Shown here in pieces: positions 33,637 through 43,885 of a stretch of DNA of 64,000 nucleotides (the first letter of the stretch is position 1; each line of letters begins with the position of its first letter). The DNA comes from Actinomycetes bacterium (GTDB lineage Bacteria; Actinomycetota; Acidimicrobiia; Acidimicrobiales; Acidimicrobiaceae): positions 3,452 to 67,451 of the forward strand of contig JAKAZZ010000008.1 in the NCBI GenBank assembly GCA_021826315.1. The letters run 5' to 3'. The position numbers were made by a program, and so were the translations under genes. Under the pieces are notes generated by a model. That model had not been told where the DNA came from and searched no databases. It saw only the letters and a list, made by a program, of their open reading frames with translations.

Positions 33637-35443
33637 ATTTCGTAAATGAAGGAATGTAGGTGAGATTCACCGATCCGATGGGTCCGCTACGGTGCTTTGC
33701 AATGATAATTTCCGCACTATTTTTATCTTGAAACTCATCTTCGGCGCCACCTGTATCTCGTGAGATAAACATAACAACGTCCGCATCTTGCTCCAGCGAG
33801 TTATGAACCACTACTCCGTTGGCTACAAAGTTATGGTGGCCCTCTACCTCTAGGTCGTAGACCGCATCAAACCCTACTTGATGAATTTCGACGAACCTTC
33901 GATAGGTAACCACCCTGCTTGCGACCTTAAGCGAACCGCCTTCTCTACCACAACCGGCTGCATCACCGTCTGTTGCGATTGCGACCTCTTCACCCTCATT
34001 AATCTGCCAAAGCATCTTCCAACCATCCCGAGTCAGATAGCGATGATTTAGGGTCGAAACTATCTCTTCTCCACCTTCGATCTCTACTTTAAAGATCGGA
34101 CGATAGCCACTTAAGTACGCGCGTTTAGCGATGGCTGGAACGAGGGTACCGGTCTCGTCGTCGTAGGAGATGACCTCTACTGGGCCATATGGAGTCAATC
34201 GTTCTAGCGAAGCGATAGTGACCTCTTCACCACTTGCAAGAAGGATCTTTGACGAACCATCAAGGCATCCCGATTCGCGCAAGTCCGCAAGGGTCGGCCT
34301 TTTATCTTGGCGACTCTCGACGCCTCTCGAAAGCTGCGAGAGTGCAACAACTGGGACTTCCAACTCCCTAGCAAGAAGCTTGAGGCCTCGAGAGATCTCT
34401 GAAACCTGTACCTGCCTCGACTCGGCACGCATACCACCTGACATCAACTGAAGATAGTCGACGACTATAAGTCCAAGTTCACCGAGGTTAGCCTTCAACT
34501 TTCGTGCACGGGTACGAATATCGAGCACCGAAACATTGGGCGAGTCGTCGATATAAAGTGGGGCGCTTCCAAGAGTCGAGAAGGTCTTTGATATGCGCTG
34601 CCACTCCTCGTTACTCAAGTCTCCATTCTTCAACCGCTTGGAGTCAACGCGCGCCTCGGAGGCGAGAATACGCTGAGTAAGTTCAATGTGGCTCATCTCT
34701 AGGGAGAAGATGAGAACTGGAAGTTGCTGCCTAGCAGATACGTGGCTCGCGATACCCAAGGCAAATGCAGTCTTTCCCATAGCGGGACGCGCGCCCACAA
34801 TAATCATTGCCGACTTTTGAAGACCCGAAAGCAGTTCATCTAATTCGTCTAGACCAGTTGAAATACCACTGATATGGTCACTGCTGTTACTTCTTGCCTC
34901 GAGATCATCTAGCGTCCGATTAAGTGCATCCCTAAGAGCAACAAGGGTATTTGAACTCTTCTTACTAGAGATCTCGAATATTAACGACTCTGCTTTGTCG
35001 AGAACTTCATTTACATCCTCCGGAACTGAGTAGCTCATCTCAGCGACTTTGGTCGCCGCCGCAATCAACTTTCGAAGGAGAGAGTACTCCTCTACGATGG
35101 TTGCGTACCGAGCTGCACTTCCCATCGTTGGTGTAGAAGCGAGTAACTCAATCAAATAACCCGTTCCACCAACGGCCTCGAGTTTTCCCATTCGGCGGAG
35201 TTCATCTGAGACACTGACTGTATCGCAAACTGCAAGTTTGCTATTTAAACGCTGGATCGCCTCAAAGACGATCTGATGGCTGGGCTTGTAAAAGTCTTCC
35301 TTTGAGCATCGCTCGAGGGCCTCGCCGATAGCATCCTTTGAAAGTAACATCGCCCCGAGAAGCGACTCTTCCGCCTCAAGGTTATGAGGTATCGATCGTT
35401 CAGATGATGCGCCGATATAGTCGCCGTCACCACTTCTCGCCAT
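33587..35443 (-). CDS. dnaB: replicative DNA helicase DnaB containing an intein
   Basis: PHNLEAEESLLG, GARPAMGKT, VDYLQLM, DLRESG|...|SLEQDAD. Confidence 0.97.
   Translation of the reverse strand: MARSGDGDYIGASSERSIPHNLEAEESLLGAMLLSKDAIGEALERCSKEDFYKPSHQIVFEAIQRLNSKLAVCDTVSVSDELRRMGKLEAVGGTGYLIELLASTPTMGSAARYATIVEEYSLLRKLIAAATKVAEMSYSVPEDVNEVLDKAESLIFEISSKKSSNTLVALRDALNRTLDDLEARSNSSDHISGISTGLDELDELLSGLQKSAMIIVGARPAMGKTAFALGIASHVSARQQLPVLIFSLEMSHIELTQRILASEARVDSKRLKNGDLSNEEWQRISKTFSTLGSAPLYIDDSPNVSVLDIRTRARKLKANLGELGLIVVDYLQLMSGGMRAESRQVQVSEISRGLKLLARELEVPVVALSQLSRGVESRQDKRPTLADLRESGCLDGSSKILLASGEEVTIASLERLTPYGPVEVISYDDETGTLVPAIAKRAYLSGYRPIFKVEIEGGEEIVSTLNHRYLTRDGWKMLWQINEGEEVAIATDGDAAGCGREGGSLKVASRVVTYRRFVEIHQVGFDAVYDLEVEGHHNFVANGVVVHNSLEQDADVVMFISRDTGGAEDEFQDKNSAEIIIAKHRSGPIGSVNLTYIPSFTKFANRKRPKNQYQSDDN
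33800..34267 (-). mobile_element. mini-intein (156 aa) in DnaB at the RESG/SxEQD site
   Basis: Starts CLDG, block B TLNH, ends VYDLEVEGHHNFVANGVVVHN followed by Ser; too short for a LAGLIDADG domain. Confidence 0.93.
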
Positions 35444-35463
35444 AACGTTCCTATCTTTGGGTC

Positions 35464-35497
35464 AAAAAAAGGCCCGCGTTCAAACGAACACGGGCCT
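35464..35497 (-). terminator. intrinsic terminator after rplI
   Basis: AGGCCCGTGTTCG...GAACGCGGGCCT followed by T7 on the minus strand. Confidence 0.75.
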
Positions 35498-35519
35498 CCC
35501 TTCAAGGTATATAAAACAC

Positions 35520-35963
35520 CTACTCAGTTACTGCTACTGTAACCGTTACTTTAACGTCTGGGTGAAGAACGACGAGTACATCGTGCTCGCCCAACTTCTT
35601 GATGTGGTTGTCAAGGTGTACAGCCTTACGATCCAAGGTTAGAGCGTAAGCAGCCTCAATAGCTTCGGTGATCTCATGTTGAGTTACCGAACCATAAAGG
35701 ACTCCTTCGTGTGCTGCGTTGCCCGCGAGTGTAACTCGGCCACCAGCCAAGACTCGTGCAACTGACTCAGCACCTTCACGGTTCTTACGATCCTTGAGGT
35801 CACGTGAACGACGCATTGCATCGGCTTGCGCCTGGATACCAGCGGTTGCGATGATGGCATGTCCCTGTGGGATCAGAAAGTTACGGGCATAGCCGTCGGC
35901 CACATTTACAATGTCGCCACGCTTGCCAAGATTCGCGAGGTCACTACGTAGTACGATGCGCAT
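35520..35963 (-). CDS. rplI: 50S ribosomal protein L9
   Basis: LGKRGDIVNVADGYARNFLIP, LYGSVT. Confidence 0.97.
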   Translation of the reverse strand: MRIVLRSDLANLGKRGDIVNVADGYARNFLIPQGHAIIATAGIQAQADAMRRSRDLKDRKNREGAESVARVLAGGRVTLAGNAAHEGVLYGSVTQHEITEAIEAAYALTLDRKAVHLDNHIKKLGEHDVLVVLHPDVKVTVTVAVTE

Positions 35964-36349
35964 TAGTTTGCCTCCTCCATCTCAACTTCCTCGATGGACT
36001 CAACCGCTACTTGATCCTTAACTGGTGCTTCGAACTTTTCGCTTCTATCGACCTTTGGTCCACGAAGTGAAGTTCTCTCGGCAACCATACGCTGGGTGTA
36101 AGGAAGCAGTGCCATCTCGCGCGCGTTCTTGATTGCATTTGCAATCGCGCGTTGGTGCTGGTCGCAGTTTCCAGATACTCGACGGGCGCGAATCTTTCCA
36201 CGCTCTGACATGAACTTCTTCAATGGGTCTACGTCTTTGTAATCGATATAGTCGATCTTCTTGATGCAGTAAAGACAGACCTTCTTCTTAATCTTCTTCG
36301 TCGTCTCCTTTGGAGCTCGACGCGAAGTACTCTTGTCACCTTTAGCCAT
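35963..36349 (-). CDS. rpsR: 30S ribosomal protein S18 (Zn-binding type, extended C-terminus)
   Basis: [33 protein letters not shown]. Confidence 0.96.
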   Translation of the reverse strand: MAKGDKSTSRRAPKETTKKIKKKVCLYCIKKIDYIDYKDVDPLKKFMSERGKIRARRVSGNCDQHQRAIANAIKNAREMALLPYTQRMVAERTSLRGPKVDRSEKFEAPVKDQVAVESIEEVEMEEAN

Positions 36350-36843
36350 TAGAAAGGCTCCTCTCCTTCGTCACTGTAACTAGCTGGGTTGATCTCCTGG
36401 AAGGAAGGCCCTTTTGCAGCAGCAGGCGCCGGGGCGCTATAACTCTGCTGAGGTGTAGAGGACTCTCCTCCTCGTTGCCTGCGCTCTGCTCTGTTTAGTT
36501 GAGCTGAGGCATAACGAAGACTTGGACCAACTTCTTCAGCCAAAATTTCGTTCTTTGTTCTCTTCTGACCATCTTGGTCTTCCCAAGTTCTCTGCTGCAA
36601 TTGTCCGTGGACTATTACGCGCGAGCCGCGCTCTAGAGACTGTGAAGCATGCTCAGCAAGCTCTCTCCAGCAGACGACGTCAAAGTAAGAAGTGGACTCT
36701 TCCCATTCATTTGTTTGCCGGTTTTGCCACCGTCGGTTGACGGCGATGCTAAAGGTCACGCTTGGAAGCCCAGATTGGGTATACCTAAGCTCGAGGTCAC
36801 GCGTGACATTACCTATTAGAGTTACCGAATTTCCGTTCGACAC
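36349..36843 (-). CDS. ssb: single-stranded DNA-binding protein
   Basis: [14 protein letters not shown] fold, acidic C-terminal EEPF. Confidence 0.96.
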   Translation of the reverse strand: MSNGNSVTLIGNVTRDLELRYTQSGLPSVTFSIAVNRRWQNRQTNEWEESTSYFDVVCWRELAEHASQSLERGSRVIVHGQLQQRTWEDQDGQKRTKNEILAEEVGPSLRYASAQLNRAERRQRGGESSTPQQSYSAPAPAAAKGPSFQEINPASYSDEGEEPF

Positions 36844-36889
36844 AGCTTTCTCCAGATTCGCAAGTGTCGCGAGTAATTACTCGCGTTAT

Positions 36890-37216
36890 TTATGCAGATG
36901 CCTCTTTGGCGGGAGTGCTACCCGCGACACGTTCAGGAAGCCGAATGATCTTGTGGCGAAGTACGCCATCGGTGATGGAGAGAACACGAGCGATTTCAGC
37001 GACTGTTTGAGGCGTTGAACCGAACTCGATTACCGAATAGTTGCCCTCTTGCACCTTGTTGATTTCGTATGCAAGCTTGCGACGACCCCAACGGTCGATC
37101 TTTCCTACATTACCATCTTGACGAGCAAGATCTGTTACACGATTGACAATAGCATCCGCGTCTCCGTCACTTAGACGTGAGTCGAGGATGACCATCAGCT
37201 CGTATGGTCGTACCAT
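36890..37216 (-). CDS. rpsF: 30S ribosomal protein S6
   Basis: RPYELMVIL, WGRRKLAYEI; start ATG 37216 after GGAGGAGG. Confidence 0.95.
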   Translation of the reverse strand: MVRPYELMVILDSRLSDGDADAIVNRVTDLARQDGNVGKIDRWGRRKLAYEINKVQEGNYSVIEFGSTPQTVAEIARVLSITDGVLRHKIIRLPERVAGSTPAKEASA

Positions 37217-37219
37217 CTT

Positions 37220-37281
37220 TTCTCCTCCTCCGGACCCTACCAAAAGTAGGGGCTCTGCCGAATGCAGAGCAGGGGTGGTGT
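37220..37281 (-). promoter_or_regulatory. S6:S18-type ribosomal protein leader RNA
   Basis: CCCCTGCTCTGC-attcg-GCAGAGC-CC...GTCC-GGAGG: hairpin with CCC tract able to sequester the SD upstream of rpsF. Confidence 0.6.
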
Positions 37282-37359
37282 TACCCACAATATCAAACCA
37301 TTAAGCATACTTGACTTAAAACTGTGGCACGCACACTCCCATTAGAAGATGGCTTTGAC

Positions 37360-38199
37360 CTAGTAGAGCTTTCCTACCCTCTCATCGGTGGAGTGGTAGC
37401 TATGAGCCTCCGTAGGAAATTGCGCTGTACGAACCTCTTTGACGAACTTCGAAAGCGCATCTACCGAGACCTGCTCGATATCGGCGTATGCCTTTACAAA
37501 CTTCGGACGGCGCCCGACTCCGTATCCAAGAACATCGTGGTATACAAGTACCTGGCCGTCACAGCTCAAACCAGCGCCAATCCCTATCGTTGGTATACCA
37601 AGCTGAGCGGTAATCTCTCTCGCCAATACGTCTGGAATAGCCTCAAGCACCAGCGCAAAGGCACCGGCGGCTTCGATCGCCTTTGCATCTTCGATAATCG
37701 CCTTCGCAGCCTCAAGATCTTTGCCTTGAACCTTGAAACCACCGAAGGCATTTACAGATTGCGGCGTCAAACCAATATGGCCTACGACAGGAATCTCAGC
37801 GTCAACGAGGGATTCAACTACCGCCGCACGCTTCTTTCCTCCCTCAACCTTAACGCCTTGGGCACCAGCGCGGATTAGCTTTGCCGCTGCCTTCTTTGCA
37901 TCTGAACGAGAGGTATGGTAACTCATCCAAGGCATATCGGTAACGACCATTGCTCGGGTATCTGCTGCCTTCACTGCTCTAGTGTGATAGGCCATATCGT
38001 CGATAGTGACCGAGAGAGTGTCGCCATGACCAAGGACAACCATTGCTAGAGAGTCGCCCACCAAGATCATCTCTGCACCGGAAAGATCTACATGTCGAGC
38101 GCTGTGAAAGTCGTAGGCAGTTACCATTGCGAGCGGCTCGGCGCCCCGTGATACTTTGTTGGACCGAACCATAGGTACGGTGATACGCTCAGAAGTCAT
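37360..38199 (-). CDS. panB: 3-methyl-2-oxobutanoate hydroxymethyltransferase
   Basis: MVTAYD, LVGDSL, GHIGLTPQ, IGIGAG..CDGQVLV. Confidence 0.96.
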   Translation of the reverse strand: MTSERITVPMVRSNKVSRGAEPLAMVTAYDFHSARHVDLSGAEMILVGDSLAMVVLGHGDTLSVTIDDMAYHTRAVKAADTRAMVVTDMPWMSYHTSRSDAKKAAAKLIRAGAQGVKVEGGKKRAAVVESLVDAEIPVVGHIGLTPQSVNAFGGFKVQGKDLEAAKAIIEDAKAIEAAGAFALVLEAIPDVLAREITAQLGIPTIGIGAGLSCDGQVLVYHDVLGYGVGRRPKFVKAYADIEQVSVDALSKFVKEVRTAQFPTEAHSYHSTDERVGKLY

Positions 38200-38308
38200 T
38201 TCTACCTCCCGTGTCCCGCGCGTACAAGCTGCAGGCACTATGTAGTAATCAAACAATAAAGGCTAACTTTATTCCATCGACAACCAAAGATCAATAGGAA
38301 AATCGAAG

Positions 38309-38710
38309 TTAAGCGCTTTCGACCTCTAAAACAAATGGCGCCAAGATACGAGTTAGGTGGTTGAAGTGGCACGACAGACACACCTCGACCTCATAAACCT
38401 TGACTTCAAGGTCTGAAAGTAAGTAGCGCTCGACCTCCCCACTTCGATTCTCAAGACACCTTCCGTGGGATGGCAACTTAGGACCGAAGGCGTAGTAGAC
38501 GTTGACGACCTTGCCCTTCTTGCAGATTGGGCATTCATCTGCCTTCTCCACGCCGAGATTGGAAGCTGCTCGTATCAATTCGGGGTGGGCATCGCATATC
38601 TCTTCTTTGGAAAGCTCGCCTCTGTTGTATGCGCGTATCAACGCCCTTCGTGCTAGCACGAAGTCGATTGACCTTTCCCTTACACCTTTGAGATTGTCTT
38701 TGTCGAACAT
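38309..38710 (-). CDS. DUF5318-family protein
   Basis: CDAHPELIRAA, CPIC, YEVEVC..CHFNHL; usual neighbour of padR-ino1 in actinobacteria. Confidence 0.8.
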   Translation of the reverse strand: MFDKDNLKGVRERSIDFVLARRALIRAYNRGELSKEEICDAHPELIRAASNLGVEKADECPICKKGKVVNVYYAFGPKLPSHGRCLENRSGEVERYLLSDLEVKVYEVEVCLSCHFNHLTRILAPFVLEVESA

Positions 38711-38831
38711 CACTTTTTTAAATGTTACCGATCTTTCACTGACTCCTCTTCGTTATCGGCAAATCAAAGCGCCATCAATAGAAAGTGGATCCCCGTTTGA
38801 CGGAATTCTCGATTAGACGGAATAAAGTATT

Positions 38832-38852
38832 GATATATCAGTTTGATATATC
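38832..38852. promoter_or_regulatory. perfect palindrome, probable PadR operator
   Basis: GATATATCA-gtt-TGATATATC upstream of the padR RBS. Confidence 0.6.
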
Positions 38853-38883
38853 GGAAAAACTACTAGCTGGGAGGAGTGAGCAA

Positions 38884-39564
38884 TTGGGACGCGGTGCATC
38901 AACCTTTCTCGAACTAGCCATTCTTTCCGTTCTTAGAAGTAAGACTCCGCAAAATGGATATCAAATAAGAAAGACTCTCTCAAGCGGGTGCGGTCCACTC
39001 CTTCAATTCTCTTTCGGATCTTTATATCCCGCCCTCGGGCGACTCGAAGAACGTGCGGCGATTGAAGAGGTCAGCAGCTCCAACGGGGAGAGTGACTTCA
39101 TATCCACCGGTTCAATCACTGGTGACTCTGCAACTAAGAGGGACTGGCTCAAAGACCTAGTTCCACAGCGTGCATTTTCATCTGAAAGAAGCGGACGCAA
39201 TACGAAGTTATATGTCATAACGGATATTGGCCTCAAGCTCTTTTCAGAGTTAGTAGAGCACGTTCCACTAGAGAGCGAGCGCGACGTACTCACATGGCTT
39301 TCACTGATCGACGAAGCGTCGATAGCGACAGCCATTGAACGCTTGAACGATCGGATCACAACCCTCATTGAGGCGAAGAGAACAAAGAGTCGGACGACCA
39401 GTGGCTCCTACTCGAGCAAATCAAAGATCTCAACTGTAATAGATAAGAGAATGGCGGATCTAGTTGATGACGAAGTCGAATTTCTCAGACAACTAGTTCA
39501 AAGTCTCTCAAACAATGAAATTCAAGGGGAAGTAACCTCAGCGAATTTTAGAAAGGACAACTAA
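38884..39564 (+). CDS. PadR-family transcriptional regulator
   Basis: LELAILSVL...NGYQI...[13 protein letters not shown]; start moved to TTG 38884 after GGAGGAG. Confidence 0.85.
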   Translation: MGRGASTFLELAILSVLRSKTPQNGYQIRKTLSSGCGPLLQFSFGSLYPALGRLEERAAIEEVSSSNGESDFISTGSITGDSATKRDWLKDLVPQRAFSSERSGRNTKLYVITDIGLKLFSELVEHVPLESERDVLTWLSLIDEASIATAIERLNDRITTLIEAKRTKSRTTSGSYSSKSKISTVIDKRMADLVDDEVEFLRQLVQSLSNNEIQGEVTSANFRKDN

Positions 39565-40640
39565 TGGGCGAGAAAATTAGAGTCGCATTGGCGGGTATTG
39601 GTAACTGTGCTAGCTCTTTGGTTCAAGGAGTCAAGTACTATCAAAACGCAGACCCCAACGAAACAGTTCCTGGCTTGATGCACGTAGTTCTCGGCGGGTA
39701 CCACGTCGGCGACATCGAATTTGTTGCCGCCTTTGACGTAGATGCTACCAAGGTAGGTACCGATCTCTCGAAGGCGATACATGCCGGTCAGAACAACACT
39801 ATCAAGTTTGCTGAAGTCGAAGACTCAGGCGTAACAGTCATGCGCGGACCAACATTTGACGGCCTCGGAAAGTACTACCGTTTGGCCATCGAAGAGTCAC
39901 CTGCCGAACCAGTTGACGTAGCCCAGGTCCTCAAAGACACAAAGGCTGACGTCCTCGTTAGCTACCTTCCAGTTGGATCTGAAGAGGCACAAAAGTTCTA
40001 TGCGCAAGCTTCGATCGATGCCAAGGTTGCCTTCGTAAATGCCATTCCGGTATTTATCGCATCCGACCCTGAGTGGGCAGCTAAGTTCACCGAGGCTGGA
40101 GTTCCGATCGTTGGAGACGACATCAAGAGCCAGGTAGGCGCAACCATCGTCCACCGAGTTCTTGCACGCCTCTTCGAAGATCGTGGCCTCGTTCTCGACC
40201 GAACCTACCAACTAAACGTCGGTGGAAACATGGACTTCAAGAACATGCTCGAGCGCGATCGTCTCGAGTCAAAGAAGATCTCAAAGACTCAAGCCGTTAC
40301 AAGCCAAGTTGACAAGACCCTAGACGAGCACAACGTTCACATCGGTCCATCCGATCACGTTGCTTGGCTAGAAGATCGCAAGTGGGCCTACATTCGCCTC
40401 GAAGGACGCAACTTCGGCGACGTCCCCTTGAATATCGAACTCAAGCTTGAAGTATGGGACTCTCCAAACTCCGCCGGTGTCATCATCGACGCCCTACGAT
40501 GCGCCAAGATCGCCGCAGATCGAAAGATCGGTGGGCCAGTACTTGGAGCATCCGCTTACTTCATGAAGTCTCCACCGGTTCAATATCGCGATCACGTAGC
40601 ACACGATATGATAAATGACTTCGCCAACGGCAACGCCTAA
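39564..40640 (+). CDS. ino1: inositol-3-phosphate synthase
   Basis: [28 protein letters not shown]. Confidence 0.96.
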   Translation: MGEKIRVALAGIGNCASSLVQGVKYYQNADPNETVPGLMHVVLGGYHVGDIEFVAAFDVDATKVGTDLSKAIHAGQNNTIKFAEVEDSGVTVMRGPTFDGLGKYYRLAIEESPAEPVDVAQVLKDTKADVLVSYLPVGSEEAQKFYAQASIDAKVAFVNAIPVFIASDPEWAAKFTEAGVPIVGDDIKSQVGATIVHRVLARLFEDRGLVLDRTYQLNVGGNMDFKNMLERDRLESKKISKTQAVTSQVDKTLDEHNVHIGPSDHVAWLEDRKWAYIRLEGRNFGDVPLNIELKLEVWDSPNSAGVIIDALRCAKIAADRKIGGPVLGASAYFMKSPPVQYRDHVAHDMINDFANGNA

Positions 40641-40677
40641 AGGCGCTTCTCGGTAACGAGGGCGACAAAGAAATGAA

Positions 40678-40717
40678 AAAGGCACTCTCTCTTTCCCGAG
40701 AGAGTGCCTTTCTTTTT
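40678..40717. terminator. bidirectional intrinsic terminator
   Basis: AAAGGCACTCTCTC...GAGAGAGTGCCTTT with flanking A/T tracts. Confidence 0.85.
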
Positions 40718-40733
40718 ACCAAATAGCTACCTA

Positions 40734-42314
40734 CTACTTACGGCGAAAGATCGCTGCGCTCGCACCTTCGAGAGAGACTTTCGCTTCATTAGGTGCTGTT
40801 ACGATGATCGCTTCGAGGTCATCTGTTGGTAGGTACTCTTGAATTGGCAATGCCCCATCACTACCTGTGAAGATGAGATCAACGATAAAACCATTTATCT
40901 CATAGATCCATCTCTCATCGCTCAAAAAGATATCTATTACTTGAGCTTTACCGTGAATCTCCTTATGGATCTTGATCAATTCTTTCGTGAGGCTTAGGAT
41001 CGAACCGTCGTCGCCTCGCTGTGCCGCAACCGATCCAAATGGTGCATCTACCGACGGTAACCAAGTTGAAGCCGAAGAGCTAAAACCTCTCCCCTTCGAG
41101 TCATCCCAATGGAGAGGAGTACGGGCACGATCACGCAAGAAGACATTCTTTACCGAATCAAGGCTCATGGTATCAACCATCGATTCCCGCGGAATATCGG
41201 CGTCAACCCCTCCAATTTCGTCGCCGTAGTAGAGCACCACAACTCCCGGCATAGTCAGTAGAAAGACCAGTGCAAGCCTTATTAATGCTTCGTCATTGTC
41301 GCACCATCTCGTAGGAAATCTTGAGATATCGTGGTTAGAGCCAGTCCAAGTAGCAATCGATGACGCCGGTTGCTCTGAAAGTGCCAGATGTACCGCATCG
41401 TGCATCGCCCTTGCATTGAATTTAGTCATAACGAAGCCAAAATTAAAGGTCAATTGGAGTTCGTCGTCGTCACCAAAGAATTTAACGAGAGCGACTGGAT
41501 CATTCACCCATGTCTCTCCGAGAAGGACACGCTCTGGAGTGTACTTTTCAGCAATCTCTCTCCAACTCTTGTAAAGGTCATGAACCTCAGGACGATTAGC
41601 TGAGTAGACGGGAAGGACGTGGTAGTTTGCACCAAGTTCGCCCCCCTTTGCTGGAGGGTCATCCCGAAGTTGGGCGTCTTTGAAGATTCCGTGGGCGACA
41701 TCGATGCGAAAACCATCGACACCGAGATCGAACCAAAACTTCAAAATATCACGGAACTCCTGTTGCACCTTCGGATTCCACCAATTGAGATCTGGCTGAT
41801 CGACGAGGAAGTTGTGTAGGAAGTACTCGCCGGTAGCGTCATCAAAGGTCCATGCGCTAACGCCGGTAGCGTCCAACCAGTTGTTGGGAGGTGTCTTACC
41901 ACCGTCGCGTCCCTTTGACCAAACGTAGTAGTCGCGGTAGCTATTTTCGGTCGACTTTGAGGCCTCTATAAACCATTGATGCTGACTACTCGAGTGGTTT
42001 GGAACTAAATCCATGATCAATTTGATCGAATTCTTCTGAAATAGTCCGACCATCTCAATAAAGTCCTCGAGAGTTCCGTATTCAGGGTTGATACCCACGT
42101 AGTCCGCGACGTCGTAACCGTAGTCTTTGTTGGGTGAAGGGTTTATTGGACTAAGCCAAACACCATCGACACCGAGATCTACAATGTGGTCGAAGTTACC
42201 TATAAGGCCTTTAAAGTCTCCAACGCCATCACCATTAGAGTCCTTCCAACTCCTAACGTAGATCTGATAGAGGGTCGCACTCGACCACCACTTTTCGTCT
42301 ATGTTTTGACCCAT
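40734..42314 (-). CDS. GH13 alpha-glucosidase/oligo-1,6-glucosidase
   Basis: DSNGDGVGD, DYGYDVADY, DGFRIDVAH, GE, NHD, YYGDEIG. Confidence 0.9.
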   Translation of the reverse strand: MGQNIDEKWWSSATLYQIYVRSWKDSNGDGVGDFKGLIGNFDHIVDLGVDGVWLSPINPSPNKDYGYDVADYVGINPEYGTLEDFIEMVGLFQKNSIKLIMDLVPNHSSSQHQWFIEASKSTENSYRDYYVWSKGRDGGKTPPNNWLDATGVSAWTFDDATGEYFLHNFLVDQPDLNWWNPKVQQEFRDILKFWFDLGVDGFRIDVAHGIFKDAQLRDDPPAKGGELGANYHVLPVYSANRPEVHDLYKSWREIAEKYTPERVLLGETWVNDPVALVKFFGDDDELQLTFNFGFVMTKFNARAMHDAVHLALSEQPASSIATWTGSNHDISRFPTRWCDNDEALIRLALVFLLTMPGVVVLYYGDEIGGVDADIPRESMVDTMSLDSVKNVFLRDRARTPLHWDDSKGRGFSSSASTWLPSVDAPFGSVAAQRGDDGSILSLTKELIKIHKEIHGKAQVIDIFLSDERWIYEINGFIVDLIFTGSDGALPIQEYLPTDDLEAIIVTAPNEAKVSLEGASAAIFRRK

Positions 42315-42413
42315 CCGCAGCCCCTTTTTTACCTCGTGACTTGTAAATCCTAAGACATAAAGTATTTACGACCGATAGCAAATCCTCGCTATTCAAACGC
42401 TTTCATTTCACAC

Positions 42414-43874
42414 CTATTCAGTGCCGGTGGCGGTGGCTCCACCTCGTTCCTTCCACCAGACCTTTAGTCGGTTCACTACCTCATCCTCACCCAAGATACC
42501 CTCATCGAGGCGAATATCCATGAGAAAAGCAAGCGCCTCTCCGACTTGTCGACTTGGACCGATCTCTAGAACTTCCATAACTTTGACGCCGTCGATCTCT
42601 GGACGCAACGAGTCAAGCTCTTCCCTTGCGCGTAAATCTACGATCCGCTCTTTGAGCTCAACCATACGATCTTCAAGGGCTCGTACCTTGTTAGCGTTTC
42701 GGGTAGTGCAATCCGCTAACGTCAACGCATTCAAACGATCGAGTAGTTCTCCAGCGTCAGAGACGTATCGACGCACTGCCTTGTCCGTCCACCCCGCCTG
42801 ATAGGTGTGGAAACGAAGGTGAAGATATACGAGTCGCGATACCGCATTTATCGTCTCAGTTGAGTACTTCAACTCACGCATCCGCTTTTTCGTCATCTTC
42901 GAACCGACGATATCGTGGTTGTAAAAGGTGACTCCACCCTTTTCAAACTTACGAGTACGTGGCTTTCCTACGTCATGAAATAGGGCTGCAAGGCGTAGTT
43001 GGAGGTCTGGATGTGTTTTATCAACTACCGAGTAAGTGTGTTCTAAAACGTCCTTATGGTGGTGAATAGGGTCTTGCTCGAGTGCCAACGCTGGAAGCTC
43101 TGGTAGCACCTTAGCCGCGAGGCCCGTCTCTGTCATAAGGCGAAGACCGACCGACGGCCTCGTCGTCAAAAGTAACTTATCGATCTCGCCTCGAATCCTC
43201 TCCGCCGAGACGATATCTAGACGATCGACCATCGATTGGATAGCCTCAAAGACCCCTTCGTCCAACCGAAAGTCAAGCTTCGCAGCAAAGCGAACCGCGC
43301 GCAACATTCTCAGAGGGTCATCTTCGAAGGACTGCACTGGATCCCTCGGAGTTGCGATCAGACCATCTTGGATATCTTTAACACCGCCAAATGGATCAAC
43401 TAGAGAAGGTCGATCTCCTAAAAAGTCGATTGCCATAGCATTCATTCGAAAGTCGCGACGAATAAGATCCTCATCCAATGTGGTCGGCATCGTTACAACC
43501 GGTTTACGAGAGTCCTCACGATAGAGGTCTCCCCTATGAGTAGTGATCTCAATCGTCAAACCACGAATCCGGGCCGCCACCGTTCCATAGGCCGCGCCAA
43601 CGTCCCAAATCGCTTCAGCAATCGGTAGTAGCAGCTCCTTAGTTACCTCTGGAAGAGCATCGGTTGTAAAGTCAAAGTCGATCGCCTCAAAGTCGTCGAA
43701 GGCGCTTTCATCGACTCGGCGCTCCGAGATGATCTCATTTCCTAAAAGCAGATCTCGAACCGATCCACCAACTAAGTAGAGTGAATTGCCACTTTGGATA
43801 AATACCTCTCGTAGCTTCGCAAGCCTTCGGCCTAATGCGGTGACTTGGTTTTGCACTTCGGTATCTAAAAACAT
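42414..43874 (-). CDS. CCA tRNA nucleotidyltransferase (HD domain)
   Basis: VGGSVRD, DFDFTT, RRDFRMNA, DDPLRMLRA, HDVGKP. Confidence 0.92.
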   Translation of the reverse strand: MFLDTEVQNQVTALGRRLAKLREVFIQSGNSLYLVGGSVRDLLLGNEIISERRVDESAFDDFEAIDFDFTTDALPEVTKELLLPIAEAIWDVGAAYGTVAARIRGLTIEITTHRGDLYREDSRKPVVTMPTTLDEDLIRRDFRMNAMAIDFLGDRPSLVDPFGGVKDIQDGLIATPRDPVQSFEDDPLRMLRAVRFAAKLDFRLDEGVFEAIQSMVDRLDIVSAERIRGEIDKLLLTTRPSVGLRLMTETGLAAKVLPELPALALEQDPIHHHKDVLEHTYSVVDKTHPDLQLRLAALFHDVGKPRTRKFEKGGVTFYNHDIVGSKMTKKRMRELKYSTETINAVSRLVYLHLRFHTYQAGWTDKAVRRYVSDAGELLDRLNALTLADCTTRNANKVRALEDRMVELKERIVDLRAREELDSLRPEIDGVKVMEVLEIGPSRQVGEALAFLMDIRLDEGILGEDEVVNRLKVWWKERGGATATGTE

Positions 43875-43885
43875 AGAACTACAAA

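Noticed and set aside
37324-37878. 184-aa plus-strand ORF
   Set aside because: Antisense to panB, no recognisable features
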